A stretch of 64,000 nucleotides of DNA, from contig NW_002060957.1 of the NCBI RefSeq assembly GCF_000150275.1, forward strand, positions 606,220 to 670,219, given 5' to 3'. Source of the stretch: Trichoplax adhaerens. Taxonomy: Eukaryota; Animalia; Placozoa. The position numbers and the translations under genes were made by a program. The notes beneath the pieces are model-generated. The model was not told where the DNA came from. It worked only from the letters and a program-made list of their open reading frames with translations, and searched no databases. Shown here in pieces: positions 1 through 21,585 of the stretch. Every line of letters starts with the position of its first letter. Position 1 is the stretch's first letter.

Positions 1-3000
1 ATAAATTAATTTCTTTTATATACCTTAATATCACTAATATCATCAAACATCAAATATCTTACTTAAAATAATGGATTATATCATTGCTTGACTTTGTAAT
101 AAAATAGTATTTAACATTAAATTTAAGAACTGATTTGATTATACAATTTTTTCTTATGTACCCTATGCAATATTGATATTATGAAATTTAATCATCATTT
201 CCATTGTAGCCGGTAAGTTCGTCCTAATCATGGATAATTTTCTTTGTATAATCGTTTCATCAAAAATTTAAAATTTTATTATATCTTATTTCGATTTCAC
301 ATAATCTCTTAAATCTTTAAAACACTGAAATAATAGTAAACATCATAAATCAGTTTTATTACAAAATAATGTTAAATCTAAATTTAGCAGCAGATTTGTT
401 ACTTAGCATGGCAAATTTATAATTCATTTGTGTAGTAACAGTAGCATCAATATCCTCTACGTAGATCAGATAATGAATTATCTTGCTTACTTTATAGTAT
501 ATTGATTTATAGATATGGGTAGAGTTGATGGACATCTGATTCTAATTCTTGATAAGCGACTTTCGTCGTGACAAATTCACAAAGTTATTTCTAATGTAGC
601 GTGTGTACAATCTAAAGCTAAATCGTGAAATGCAATCATAATTTTTTCGATTATTTTAAAATGTTTGCGAATTCAAAACAATAACGTAACAAACTGTATT
701 GGAAAAGTGGGTAAAGTCCAGCTATAAATCGGTTAGGAACTATAATGAATGTGTCATGTCTTTAAATTTATGAGTAGGTTTATAAATGTCTTACAGATCA
801 GTATTTACTGTACGCTTGAACTTTGCCAGTATAATAAATAATCAGCTTCAGTCTTTTAAAGCGAATTTCATACACGCTATGTCTATATAGGTAGCAAACA
901 TGCATTATTTAGTTATGAACAATTGTATAAAATCAGATAAAATTTTTGGATAAAATTCTTTAATTTATCGCATACCCGAGACCTATCATATAATGATACG
1001 GTTGTAGGATTTTTTCAACAAGACGCATACTAATAACTTCTACTTCATTAATAATCTGTATCAAATTGATTAGAATGATAAGAAATGAAAAACCCACGCT
1101 ATTTGGTAAGAAATTTACTTTGCTATATTTTCTATTTATTATCAATGAAACTACGGTACCTTTTCTATCAAAGAGAGCGGCTTATCTTTATTCAGTTTTT
1201 GAGTACATCAAAATATTTGTAATTAATATTATTAAATAGATCCAAAAATTCAGATTTTCTACTATTTTAAAATATAAACCATTCACTGCCGTTGCCTACA
1301 GTTTTTAATTAAAATGAACTAAAATCAAGAATAACAATTTAAGAGCTGATGATAGCTGTATCATTGTTAGTAATGCCATTCTTAACGAACTACTTAGGTA
1401 TGAACAGCAATCTATTTGCCTGCAACAAAGTAATAGATTATTAAAGAGCGAACGAGATTGGAGATGATAGAAATATGAAGGGCTTCAGAATTGCAAGAGA
1501 ATCATGACATAAAGCGGGCGGTAGTTAATAGGAAGTAGAAGCATGCTTTCTCTTACCATATGCTCATAATAAGAATTAGCTAGCATAGATGGATATAAAT
1601 ATAATAGTAGAATTGTAGGCAATCGTAAAAGCGATTAGAATTCAATACTTTTAGTAAAGGTTCTAAGTAAAATCAACTTTACGTAGTTTCTGCTTTCATA
1701 GATTTTTACTTTCGTGAATGTAAGATTGTCAAGCTAAAATAAAGTGAACTTTTGAAATAAAGTAATACTGGGTAAAAGTTTGGATTATCTTGTACAAAAC
1801 AAAATATAATCTACTGGATGCAATTGACCTTTACTATTCTGTCCTATGGATTGTGTTAACTTAACAAATAAAATCATAACAAGGACAATTTCTAAATTGG
1901 ATTTCTACCGGAAGCATTTTTTACCAATGTTCGTTTATTTTAAATTTAAGAGATCTTCTTTCAACTTCATATAAATTTATCACTCCTAATGTTAATCGAA
2001 TTTATGCTTGCCAAAAGTTCCAATAAGTTGTCGTTACTTTTGGTCTATCTTAACCTTAAATTTAACGTAACTATTCTGATTCAGTCTATTGAGCAACAAT
2101 TCCCTCTTATTTATAATTATTAGCAAAAAATGATATATTCATAATTGTTATCGTAAGTGCAGCATGTAATTTTGACATAGAATCTACAAAAATTCGTAAA
2201 TTTGGAGTTGGTAAAAATAATGAGCCGTCTTAGTACTACTTATTTACTCGGAATAAATATGCACTTTTGAGCTATTAGGTTTTATTATGTTATATTCCTA
2301 AAATTAAATCTATTTTAAAGATAAATCATTGCAAAATTCGGCAAGAGTTAGATGTAACAGCACTTATTGCAGGTGCATCATTTTTGTAACAATCAGTTTT
2401 AAGGAAATATCGGTTTGAAATCCTTGAAGCTATTGAATGCTAACTAAAGTCATCGTAAACACTGTAGCAATAATAATTTAAAATACTGTATCAATTCTAG
2501 TTATCACTGGAAAAGGTACAAATATGTTAAATTTTATATCAATTATTCTTTCGAACGAAAATATGATACGACAAATCATATGATTGAGATAGCTAAAGGA
2601 AAATATTTAAGAGGGAAATTCCTTAATACTTACTGTAAACGAAGTTATTCGGTTTCGGTAGAGGATTTTAGAAATATCGTTTATTAGTGTCTAGTTTATC
2701 TTATCTTAATATGAGTACTTTTTTATCATAATTAAAGTCTCGCTTCATAAACAGCACTAAATTTAATAAAGGAGTAAATATAAGACCATACTGTATAAAC
2801 TCTATTACATAAACAACTATAAAATGCATAGCCCGCATGCGCTCTTTCATTTGCAAGATGCAAGGCTAGCGAACACTAAGCCACTTCTTTACACTTACTA
2901 ACTTGATTTTAAACGTAAATATTGTGCAATAGCTAAATAACTTACTAAGTTGACATGCAGCATCTTTATAACCTTATTCATTTGAAAATCTAGGAAATTT

Positions 3001-4346
3001 CTTTAAAAATAATTTCTCGATGTTACGATCGTACCAATCATATCAAATTTTGAAAATTCTACCATAATTACTAAAATAGTCTGCAAAGGTATACGCTGAA
3101 AAGCTTTCAGTAAGTATACGTCCAAGATCATTCCATTTATAACGCAAGCTTTTAGCCGCTGCACGAAAATATTCTAGAGGATCTTTAAAGTAATTCTCAG
3201 TAAAAAGATCGACTTAAAGTACCTAATAACGCTCTTACACATTGTAACAATCGTACAAAAATACCATCTTTTAATAGCAATCTGCTCAGAAATACTCCAA
3301 ATTATTTTATCCAAAAATCCCGCGGATGGAAGTGTGAATCTGTTAATTTTATCTAGCTGTTCTATGCCTAACATGCATCAGTCTAGAACGACACTTAAAA
3401 TTGATAGTAAGCCTCGATAGCATCATTTTTACTTTAACTTAATAAATAAATTATATCGTAAACCAGAATTATTAATAGCCAAATACGTAAGCAATTAAAT
3501 AATGAAAACAGCATACTTGCTTAAGTTATTATGGCTCGACTTTCATTTGAATCAGTACTAATTGTATCGGTCTATTGAGAGCTTTTTGATATGTTGCATA
3601 TCATAAAATGGCGGCCATAAACATATTTATTTATAAGCAATAGCCGATCTTGCAAGTGAAATTCAAGTCTGAATTTCTTCTACCGACTTTACTGTATTTC
3701 AAAGTGTTGAATTCTAAATACAAACACACTAATTTCCACTAATGTTATTAGCTTTATATACTTGACTGAGTAAACTGCCTTAATCAATCATATATGGGGG
3801 TAGCTGTGGACATATTTTGTTATTTCGCATTGTGACCTAGATTAGGATCTGGATCTATATAACAGCCCTTAAGGCTTGAGCCATTGTAGTACTACTGGAT
3901 TTCTATTGCCCAAAGAATGTAGTAGCTAATGTTCGTATTTATTTCCATATTATTGATTTCTTGAAGGTTAAAATAAAGCAAGATTGCGGTGAAGCTAATA
4001 GTTGTAGTATAATTCTGTAATTGCTTCAACACATCTAGTAGTAGTTGCATAAGAAATAAGTTAAAAATTATTAAGTAATTGGATTCACGTTGACCGTGAG
4101 TTTTAAATAGATAAATCAAGCTTACTACCCCATGTTTGATCTCCTTTACGTGCAGCCTGGTGTAAGTACAACTTACGTCAATAGATTTCTTGTGGTTAAT
4201 CACGATAGGCCTAATGCTGAAAAATCGTCAAAACTAATTGATGTTAGGAATGATAGTGTTTACGGTGCTTATATATGAAATCAGTTAGGTCTATGATCTG
4301 ATATTGTGACAGATATCAATACTGATATCTATGAGCTCCATTCAGC

Positions 4347-4938
4347 TGTCATAAACTGAAAAGTTATTTTATTTTCATTCAATGTAGATACTGCTGCTAG
4401 TTCGCAGACTTGCTTCTCTCATCAGTCCTACATTACTGGAAGATGCTATTGCTAATACCAAGGCATCATGTCTTCCCTCTTGAGGCGATTCCTAACCGCC
4501 CTCTTATACCCGCTATAAACTCTCCATTTTCCTTTTGCTAATATACGCTACATTAGAACATTCTTGATACCGCTGATTCTGTGCAGACCAAAACTACAGA
4601 CTTACAGCCACTCCCTTACACTTACAAATACAAATTTAGCAAGTGCAAGTCGCTATGTCTAGGATACTAACATATGCACCATCGGCGGAGGACGAGATTA
4701 TATAAACTCGAGCACTAAATTTACTATTCAGTTCCATTTTAATCATTTTTAGATCCACTTGATCATTATTGCTAGGAGTTTTCTAAAGTGCTTTTTAGTA
4801 GATTCTCTTACTAGGATTTATCTCAATAAAGTAAAGTCCTTAGACCTGTTACCCGTTGGCAGCTTATTTGTGCAGTCGAGAGTTAGTTCAACTATAATAA
4901 GTCGCCTAAGCCAGTTGGGGACACGAGTCGTCGTGACA
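4347..4938 (+). mobile_element. Candidate solo LTR (~592 bp)
   Basis: Begins TGTCA and ends TGACA. Flanked by TCAGC (4342-4346) and ACAGC (4939-4943), a possible 5-bp target-site duplication with one mismatch. TATATAAA (~4699) precedes AATAAA (~4825) inside, as in U3-R-U5. No gag/pol or PBS is adjacent. Confidence 0.45.
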
Positions 4939-5597
4939 ACAGCGTTTATGACCCGTTCGAAAAGGTAATTCGTAACAAAATAATTAAAAATTGCTATTTA
5001 ATTTAGAATCTTTTTAGTCTTCAGATTTCATAAGAGCCTTTAGCTTACAATAATAATGGCACAGGTACATCTGTAACAATCTCACTGCTACTAAGTTAGG
5101 TTCGTAGTTTAAAGATCTTAAGGTCTAAGATACTGAAATAGATTTCTGTAATAGCGTTGAAACACATAAACTTCAAGATTTGGGCACTGTAGTGTATTTA
5201 TTTTCACGGTAGTTCTTAGGCATGTTCTTAAATGTAGACATTTTGTTACGTTCCGAATATAGATACCTCTACAGTCTATTTCAACTATGCTCAAATATAG
5301 CTTGTCATATTTAGTTATTTATAGCAACTACATTCTTTGCTATTTCCTACAATCATTTACTATCATGTAGGCTGTTTATGGTATATGATGTATCTAATTC
5401 TACAATCTTTTTCTCTCACTCTAAAACTATGAATACTGATGATTTCTGCTACACATTTATTCAGTTGCACGTTTTAGGGTTAGTATCTACACACTTTACT
5501 TCACGACAGCTTACATGCTGATCTACCAGTAACTACCACGCTGTACCTTGTTATTCTCTACAATAAATATCTTTCTTTCTAATATCCCCTCGTATCA

Positions 5598-7857
5598 TTA
5601 TTGCGAAATGTCTAAGGAGTCCATGTCCGTATACTCTTCGTCATCACATGCACAGGCCTATAAGCTGTCAATCCCGGCTCTTAGCACTTGGTATAAGAGT
5701 GAATACTGAAAACCTTATGCACCGATTCATCATCAGCCATGGCCCTCTAACACGCTTTATTTTAAGCAAATTAATATCGCATTATTTTAAAGGTTACAAA
5801 AAATTTATTGAAAGCTTATTACATTTAATAAATATTATTTTTAATTAATGTTTTAATGACTATAGTTCTAGTTTCTTCCATGATAATCGAACCATACCAT
5901 TTTTTGTTTTTGGTCTGTGGCCTAGAAAGGCATTTTTTTAGTAGATTAGATTGATGCCATAAGAAGTACATTAATATTATAATACTAGTCTGCAATCACG
6001 GAATTAAATAATTATGGATGCTAACCTTCGTAAATGCCATTAAACGCCAATACAATTCGTAAATTATATTAATTAACACGCAAGAATGATTATCATAGTT
6101 ATATTTCTCTTGTTGCACTGCTATTCCATTTATTTCAAGTAGTTTATTGCCCAAAGCATCGATTAATTTTTGAAATTCATTCAAGCTATGGACCTACGGA
6201 GTAATCGCAATGCATCGTGATTAGAGTTAGTAAATTATTCATAATAAAGCTGATTTATGCTAGTATAACTAATAAAGTGAAATTTAGCCATCTCGTCTCC
6301 TATAGTAGAAAAGCTGTCTGTAAGTCTCTTAGTATGTCTATTACGCTTATTATAATTATTAACAAGAATAGACAATTTATTACTTATGCCATCTACTTAC
6401 CATATTAGTAAAACTGTTTTGAATGACATTATAAATTGTTGATATCTCACTCAAATCATCACTCCCTAGATTTTTAAAGGTGCAAATGCCTATGTTTATG
6501 CAGAGACATAAGATACTTTGATAACAGGTAGCAGAAGCAAATTTGTTGAACTTCTCTTCCAGAATGTTGTATTTATTCTTGTGTTCTAATTTAGCGATGC
6601 CATTACGAGTAGCTATGTCAAACAGATTGTCGGTTATTTTCTTGTATTGAGTAAAGATCATAGCCATAGTTCTCCAATCTTCTAGAAATATTTCGTCGAT
6701 TATATTACGTTCTGGTTGGATTATGTGAAATAGATTCTCGTTACACGGCTCTATATAGGTTTCAATTATTGGCTCTGTATTGGTATCAATTTCCATAGGC
6801 TCTATGCTAGGTTCTATTGTTGTACAGAATATATGAACAAATACTGGACATTAGAATGCTATTGATAATTTCATAACGTGTGACATTATGAATTATCCTA
6901 TATGAGCAGATTCTAACCTCTACTTTCAATATAGATATTTAGTGGATTTTTTCCCTGTAAAAACTCGGAAAATAAACAGGATTTAGTTAATGTTATAGCA
7001 AGCACTGAACATATATAAATATTTTGTGGATTTTTTCCCTGTATAAACTCGATTAAGCTAATGTTATAGCAAGTACTAGACATTGCTATTATAATTCGAA
7101 TTAATATAAACCTTTATAAATGCCATTAGATATAAATACAATCCTTGTAATGTATTGATTACTACGTGAGCAAAACTATCACGGAAATTAATATGTTTCG
7201 TTGTAGTTTGATTTCTTATAAGTGCATCTTTGCCCAAGTTACCGATAAATAGTCGAAAATCGTCTAAAGCTTTAATCTGCAGTGTAAGCTACCAATAGGT
7301 TATGATAAAAAATAATCGAGTGAATATTCTAGATAAAACTAATTTATACTCTTCTAATTGATAAAATAGAAATACGTCAAGAAATTGAAATGTTGTTAAT
7401 CATATTGCTTCTAGGATACTTTATTGCTTTACCGTATTACTCCAACCGTAGACAATATCTTCGATTCTTGGCCTATCACACTGACCAAATCTCAGATAGT
7501 TCGCGTATAGGGAGACACAACAAGTAACAATATTTTCATATGTCATCTCAGACAATAATTTATACTTATTCCACCGAGAGTGATAGCAGTAGTCAATACT
7601 GAAATTCTTAGCGATGCAAAGATCCTCAGCAAACTTTTCTACTACCAATTTCTCATATGAATTTTGATTTACAAAGATAATATTCAAGTTATTTTCAACT
7701 GCTTTATCGATCGATTTAAGTTCGCGCATAATTTGAAATACATTCACTTTACGCACCCTTATATATCGATCGGGACACTGTCTCAATGGACTTTACCAAA
7801 CAATAAACAAAGACACAACAATAAAGCCATTATCATGTGATGAAAAAAATTCTCCAT
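5598..7857 (-). CDS. Orphan multi-exon predicted secreted protein with two tandem homologous domains (~390-400 aa)
   Basis: Hand-spliced GT-AG exons: 7857-7797 (MENFFHHMIMALLLCLCLLF), 7701-7433, 7276-7112, 6954-6918, 6813-6401, 6193-6026. The 3' end is either 5921-5868 (stop) or 5921-5898 plus 5657-5598. All intron phases are compatible and all exons are open. Exons 3 and 6 are clearly paralogous (IKALDDFRLFIGNLG...LYLYLMAFIK vs VHSLNEFQKLIDALG...LYWRLMAFTK). Confidence 0.7.
6930..7082. repeat. Two-copy ~84-bp tandem duplication containing a 3' splice site
   Basis: GTGGATTTTTTCCCTGTA-AAACTCG and TAATGTTATAGCAAG each occur twice. The minus-strand acceptors at 7039 and 6955 are 84 nt apart. 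Confidence 0.85.
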
Positions 7858-10696
7858 CTTGATTGGTTCACTTGATCATAGCATTAAACCTTAAACTTTT
7901 ACGTTGTTCAACTTATGGCATAAAAGTTCTAGAAACTTCTTAAGATTAATGAAATAAATTGATTGCTTTATCGTTAGGCTCGCTGAAAGCATAGCAATTG
8001 CCTACAAATAAGCCATTTGTGGTTGGTTTGCAGTTGATAAAATTAAAATAACTAGTTTAGCTAGCGGTAAATACCGTTATGATAACACGCCTTGGCTAAT
8101 CCTATTGTGATAGTATTCTAGTCTTGATGTACTGTAGTAGTTGAGAAATTGATAGCTCAATCTCCATAAGGGATTGTGTAATGAAAGTACAGTATATCAC
8201 AAATAAGCAAGTCAAATAAAATTTTCAAAATGGCCTTTCGGAAAATTTTAGTTGATCAAGACATTTACCAAGTCAAGTCTGTCTGCAATGGGAGCACATC
8301 TCCGTAGTTCTCCAATACATTTCTATAAATCTATTCGCGACTAGCCACTTATTGAACAACGATCAGACTTGAGTTATCAAACAGAATATATACTTCTCCT
8401 CAAATTAATCATCGTTACCTTTTACCATCCGAATTAAACTGCTTCAAATATCATTACTCTTCCATTAATTAAGGTCCAACACTGAAAGGTGCTGGGTATC
8501 TTGACGATGGCAGTATATCTAATCATATCATATAAATCTTATACCAAATTACTCAACTAGCTAATGTCAATAATCTACAATTTTTAATATACGTCTAGTA
8601 GTCAGCAATCGTCTAATATTATGTACTTTCAGTATAATAATCATTTTCTTGGTTTTTGGACTACAATTCAGCATACATTAAGGAAGGGTTGATAGGTATA
8701 TTATGCCTGCCATGGACTTCTAAATCTAGAAGTTCAAGATGATGAAATATTTAAACTTCCAGTTTGCTACATTAAGGTAGTTAATGAAGTCAAATGCAAC
8801 TTAACTTCTAGTTGAGTTAATTACTTTGTTAACGTCAATCTTTACAGCTTAACATTTGTCAATTCTACATTACTGTAGCCAATCCGCAAAATTGGAGCAA
8901 ATGGATACCTAAATCGATATATTGTACTGCGTAGTATAGTCATAATTGATTGCTTTTATATACTAGAAGCTGCAAGTTTGATTACATTAACAAACATTTA
9001 CTATATTAAGTTGATATTTTGCTAAAGTTGACTTGTTATGGCTTGAAAGATTTCATAGAAATTGCCTCTATCTTATATGGTTTCTTATACACTGCTAACC
9101 AGCGTCAGCTCCCTAGCTCATTCAAAACTACATCTATGTATATGGAATCCTTTTAGATTTGGGTGCAGTAACTCATATATACGAGAGCTGCGTTTAAACA
9201 GTTAAAGTAGACATAGATTAAATATAAAAATGACTTGTAGCCAGTGTATTTGTAAATACAACTTTATCCTAACTAACTCCAACTGCTGCTTTACTGAATA
9301 TGTGCTAGATTCAACATTGACTCTGTCAGACAATTTACAAGCGCAAGACAGAATCAAAATAAATAAATTCTCCTTCCTCTAGGTATAGGACAAAGTCATA
9401 GTGATGTATTCTAACATTGTTATTTGTCTAACATTAGTTCAATGATATCTTACACCCACATCATGCACTACTTATCTTTAATGATGTATTACTCTGCCTT
9501 ACTTCCTGCATCAATATATCTATGAATTTTGTTCACATATTTCTAGAATGCGTTATCATAAAATAAGACAGCCTTCGGCGATAATATGCGCGAAATGGTA
9601 ATCTTAATTCTAAATTCCATTTCATAACTGCCACAAATTTCTGCATTTTGTTTATGTCATTGGGTAGAAGAGATGGCACCAAGAATCTCGAATGAATTTG
9701 TAATAGTGTGGAATATAATAAAAGATTTTATTGAATCGTAATGATGATATCGAAATAGCTACTCCAAAAGCTGATATGAAGAAGAAACCATTACTTACAC
9801 TTGAAAAATGATTGAGATCTAGAGTAAGATCAGTTTAACAATAACAAGACATATACATAAGATAGCATTGGCCACGATAGACAACTTCAATAAACGCACA
9901 CTGTTTAAAATAAATAGCTCACCTGACATCATTTAATACCTGATTTGATAAACATTCCTAATTCGATCAATGAAAAATGACTATGAAGTTGATATAAGGC
10001 ATATTTACTTTCACTGGTTTGACACATTGGCAAGCCAGCTAAACCAATCAAGTAGAAAAGATAAGACTACAGACAGTATATACGGTGCATATCATATTTT
10101 AAGTTCTTTAGGATAGTCTTCCAACTGTAAATGAGGGCAACGTGGTATTGATTTTCAATGAAACAGGCCTCATATTAGAATATCAAATTTTTATAGTCAT
10201 AATATTTTGAAGATAATCTGTTACAAAATCTTTTGAAATAGCTGTAATACAATGGATTGTCTTCGCTACGTCAAAGAGATGCAGAGAAAAAAATTCAAGT
10301 AACACTGCAACATAACTTTGTAACAATAACCAAGTATACATTGGTTTATGCCTGCACGCAGCTATCTTGATATCACGTCATACGGGCACGATATTATGAT
10401 TAAAAAATGACTTTAATCTATCGAAAATCATTGTAATGAGGTCACAAATTAAAAGGTTTCTCAAAGAAAAGTTAAAATTAAACAATATCAAATTCAAGTA
10501 CTGCTAACACTACATAAAAAAATCGCTACAATAGCTATATCTAAAGTAAAGATTCGTTCTTGATTATAAACAACTACTGCGATATGGAAAACGAAAATGT
10601 TCCTTATCTATGTAAGAAATTACAAATTTTGTGATCGAATCCCAGTCAGGGTGATAATGATTTTTGGAAAAAGATATAATCATTGTTCCGCTTTAT

Positions 10697-19472
<8,776 letters not shown>

Positions 19473-20875
19473 CTACCACAATAAAAATATACACCTCAAT
19501 TCGAGTGAAGAGAACAAGGATAAATAATTGAATATTATTAATGCGGAAAAGATGAAAGCTTAGCTTTATTAATACGGAAGTTAAGTTGATACAACAGTAC
19601 TACAGCTATAATTAATATTTACAATAGACATCGAAAGAGATGGCTCTCCATGATAATCATTGCATACTAACGATAAGAGAGTGGTTGTAGTGACGATTGA
19701 ATTGGTATTTTAGAGTTAAGTGTTGACTGTCTAGTTCAAGCCAATGCCAAAAATGCAATTCAATGTGGATGTTGAGACAACTCTACCTATCTGACTAGTT
19801 TAAGTAGCCTAGCATTGATAACATGATCGGGCTCATAACTACAGCTAGAAGTTAGTATTAAAATTGTACATTAAGGCGTCCAAGAAAGATTACCATGATT
19901 GCAAGACATTGTTCGCGGTGTCATGCAAATCTACCAAGTTTTGCCGATCATGGCTCTATTTGAATTGAGACGTTTAAACTAAATTGAAAGCCCGTTATCC
20001 AAGTCTATACTAAGAACAATTTATTCATGACTTTTAATAGCTCTACCTACGACTACTGCAAGCAAAACTTGACGCTGATTTTGTCTTACGCCTAGTAGAC
20101 AGTACTGTCTTCAATGCCTGACTGGCTGATAAGCACAACTGTAATTCAGTCTTGAAAAGGAGCATGCCAATAGTAATCCAGGCACTGTCTGTGTTACAAT
20201 ATGTAGGAAAGTAAAGTCATCCTTGGCAGGACTGAATACTATTTTCCTAATGGTTGAAGACGATAAACACCTTGATGCAGATAAAAGTAAATGTCATCAA
20301 CTGCCTTGCTGTGGTCAAAATGCAGTCAGTCAAGGAGTTTTATCATCTTTATTGACTGACTACAGTATACTGATTGACAATTTTCAATCCATTTTTTCAG
20401 TTGAAATAGACGAATTGCACACTAGCATTAGGATCCATTAAATTGGATCATTTTAGCGTATCTTACAAGGTGTACTTGTATGAAAGTATAGCATGCATTT
20501 GTACTATAGTCCTACTCTACAATCAGCGTATCTCAATTGGTGTTTATTTTCCGTTCTACTGTCATAGCAATCTTGCTGTCGCTACCACGAAAGCAACGCT
20601 GAATTGTCCGTCTACAAGCATTTCATAACGAAGCTATAACATGGAAAACAAGTCAGTTAGCAAAACCTACCCAAAATGCGGATAACGGGGCACAAAAATC
20701 GTTTACTCCAAATATCTTTTCCATCTTGTTTTGCAGTTGCAATCATTCAACATCCAACACCCACTTCGTGCTGCTTGATAGTGGGGTACAGACTTTACTT
20801 ACTATTAAGTGCAAGCGATCAGTCTACAGTATACAGTATGATAGGTGCTGCTTGTGGGTTAGGCCAGTTTAACCT

Positions 20876-21030
20876 GGGACATGACACCGGGGGGGGGGAG
20901 CGGGCCCGGCCCCCTTGACCAGTGTCCTTGATAACAAAGTCTACCCGAAAACCCGGTTTCAACCCGAAACGAGAGCGCAATACCGTACAGTGTTTGTATA
21001 GCGATTGCACTCATTTCGGGTTCGAAAATC
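20876..21030. other. GC-rich hairpin with a G10 run, followed by inverted ACCCGA/TCGGGT motifs (possible DNA-transposon end or promoter element)
   Basis: GACACCGG-G-run-CGGGCCCG-C-run-CCAGTGTC (20883-20926). AACCCGAAA (20961) is inverted to TTTCGGGTT (~21015). Confidence 0.5.
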
Positions 21031-21051
21031 AACTATTCGATCGGATTTTTT

Positions 21052-21493
21052 TTCGGGTTCGGGTTGCGTTTCTACCCGAGACTGTAATATGAGAAAATCC
21101 ATCATGCCTGCAAAATTTTTGATTGGTTATTTTTTAATGCCTGTAGAATAAGATCGTTAGAGGAAAAATGAATGATGTTTTGCATACTCTAAAGGAATGA
21201 TTGGCTTGAATCATAACTAGTATTTGGATTTGATCGGGTTTGGGTTGTATTTCTACTCCATTTCAGGACTCTACCCGAGACTGCAAAATCATAAATCTAT
21301 TAAGCCTGCAGAATTTTTGATTGATTTCTTTTTAATACGTGTAGAATAAGATCGTTAGGCAAAAAATGAATGATGTTCTGCATACTCTATTGAATCATAA
21401 CTAGCGTTTTATCGGGTTCGGGTTGTATTTCTACTCCATTTGAAGGCTACCTGAGACTGTAAAATCATCCATTATGTCAGCAAAATTTTGGAT
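21052..21493. repeat. Tandem repeat, ~180-bp unit, ~2.4 degenerate copies
   Basis: TCGGGTT(C/T)GGGTTG ... CTACC(C/T)GAGACTG occurs three times. GTAGAATAAGATCGTTAG ... TGAATCATAACTAG occurs twice. Confidence 0.9.
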
Positions 21494-21585
21494 TATAATA
21501 TAATAATAATATTGAATATTTTTTATTATTATTATATTATATATGATTTATTCTACTGTACAGTATAGTAACTGGACTCTATTGG

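Noticed and set aside
1-4300. ORFs at 960, 3174 and 3892
   Set aside because: AT-rich compositional ORFs with no recognisable motifs and no consistent exon chain.
8200-10600. Exon-like open stretches near 8700-8776 and 9660-9810
   Set aside because: Could not be linked into a phase-consistent gene or recognised family; possibly decayed coding relics.
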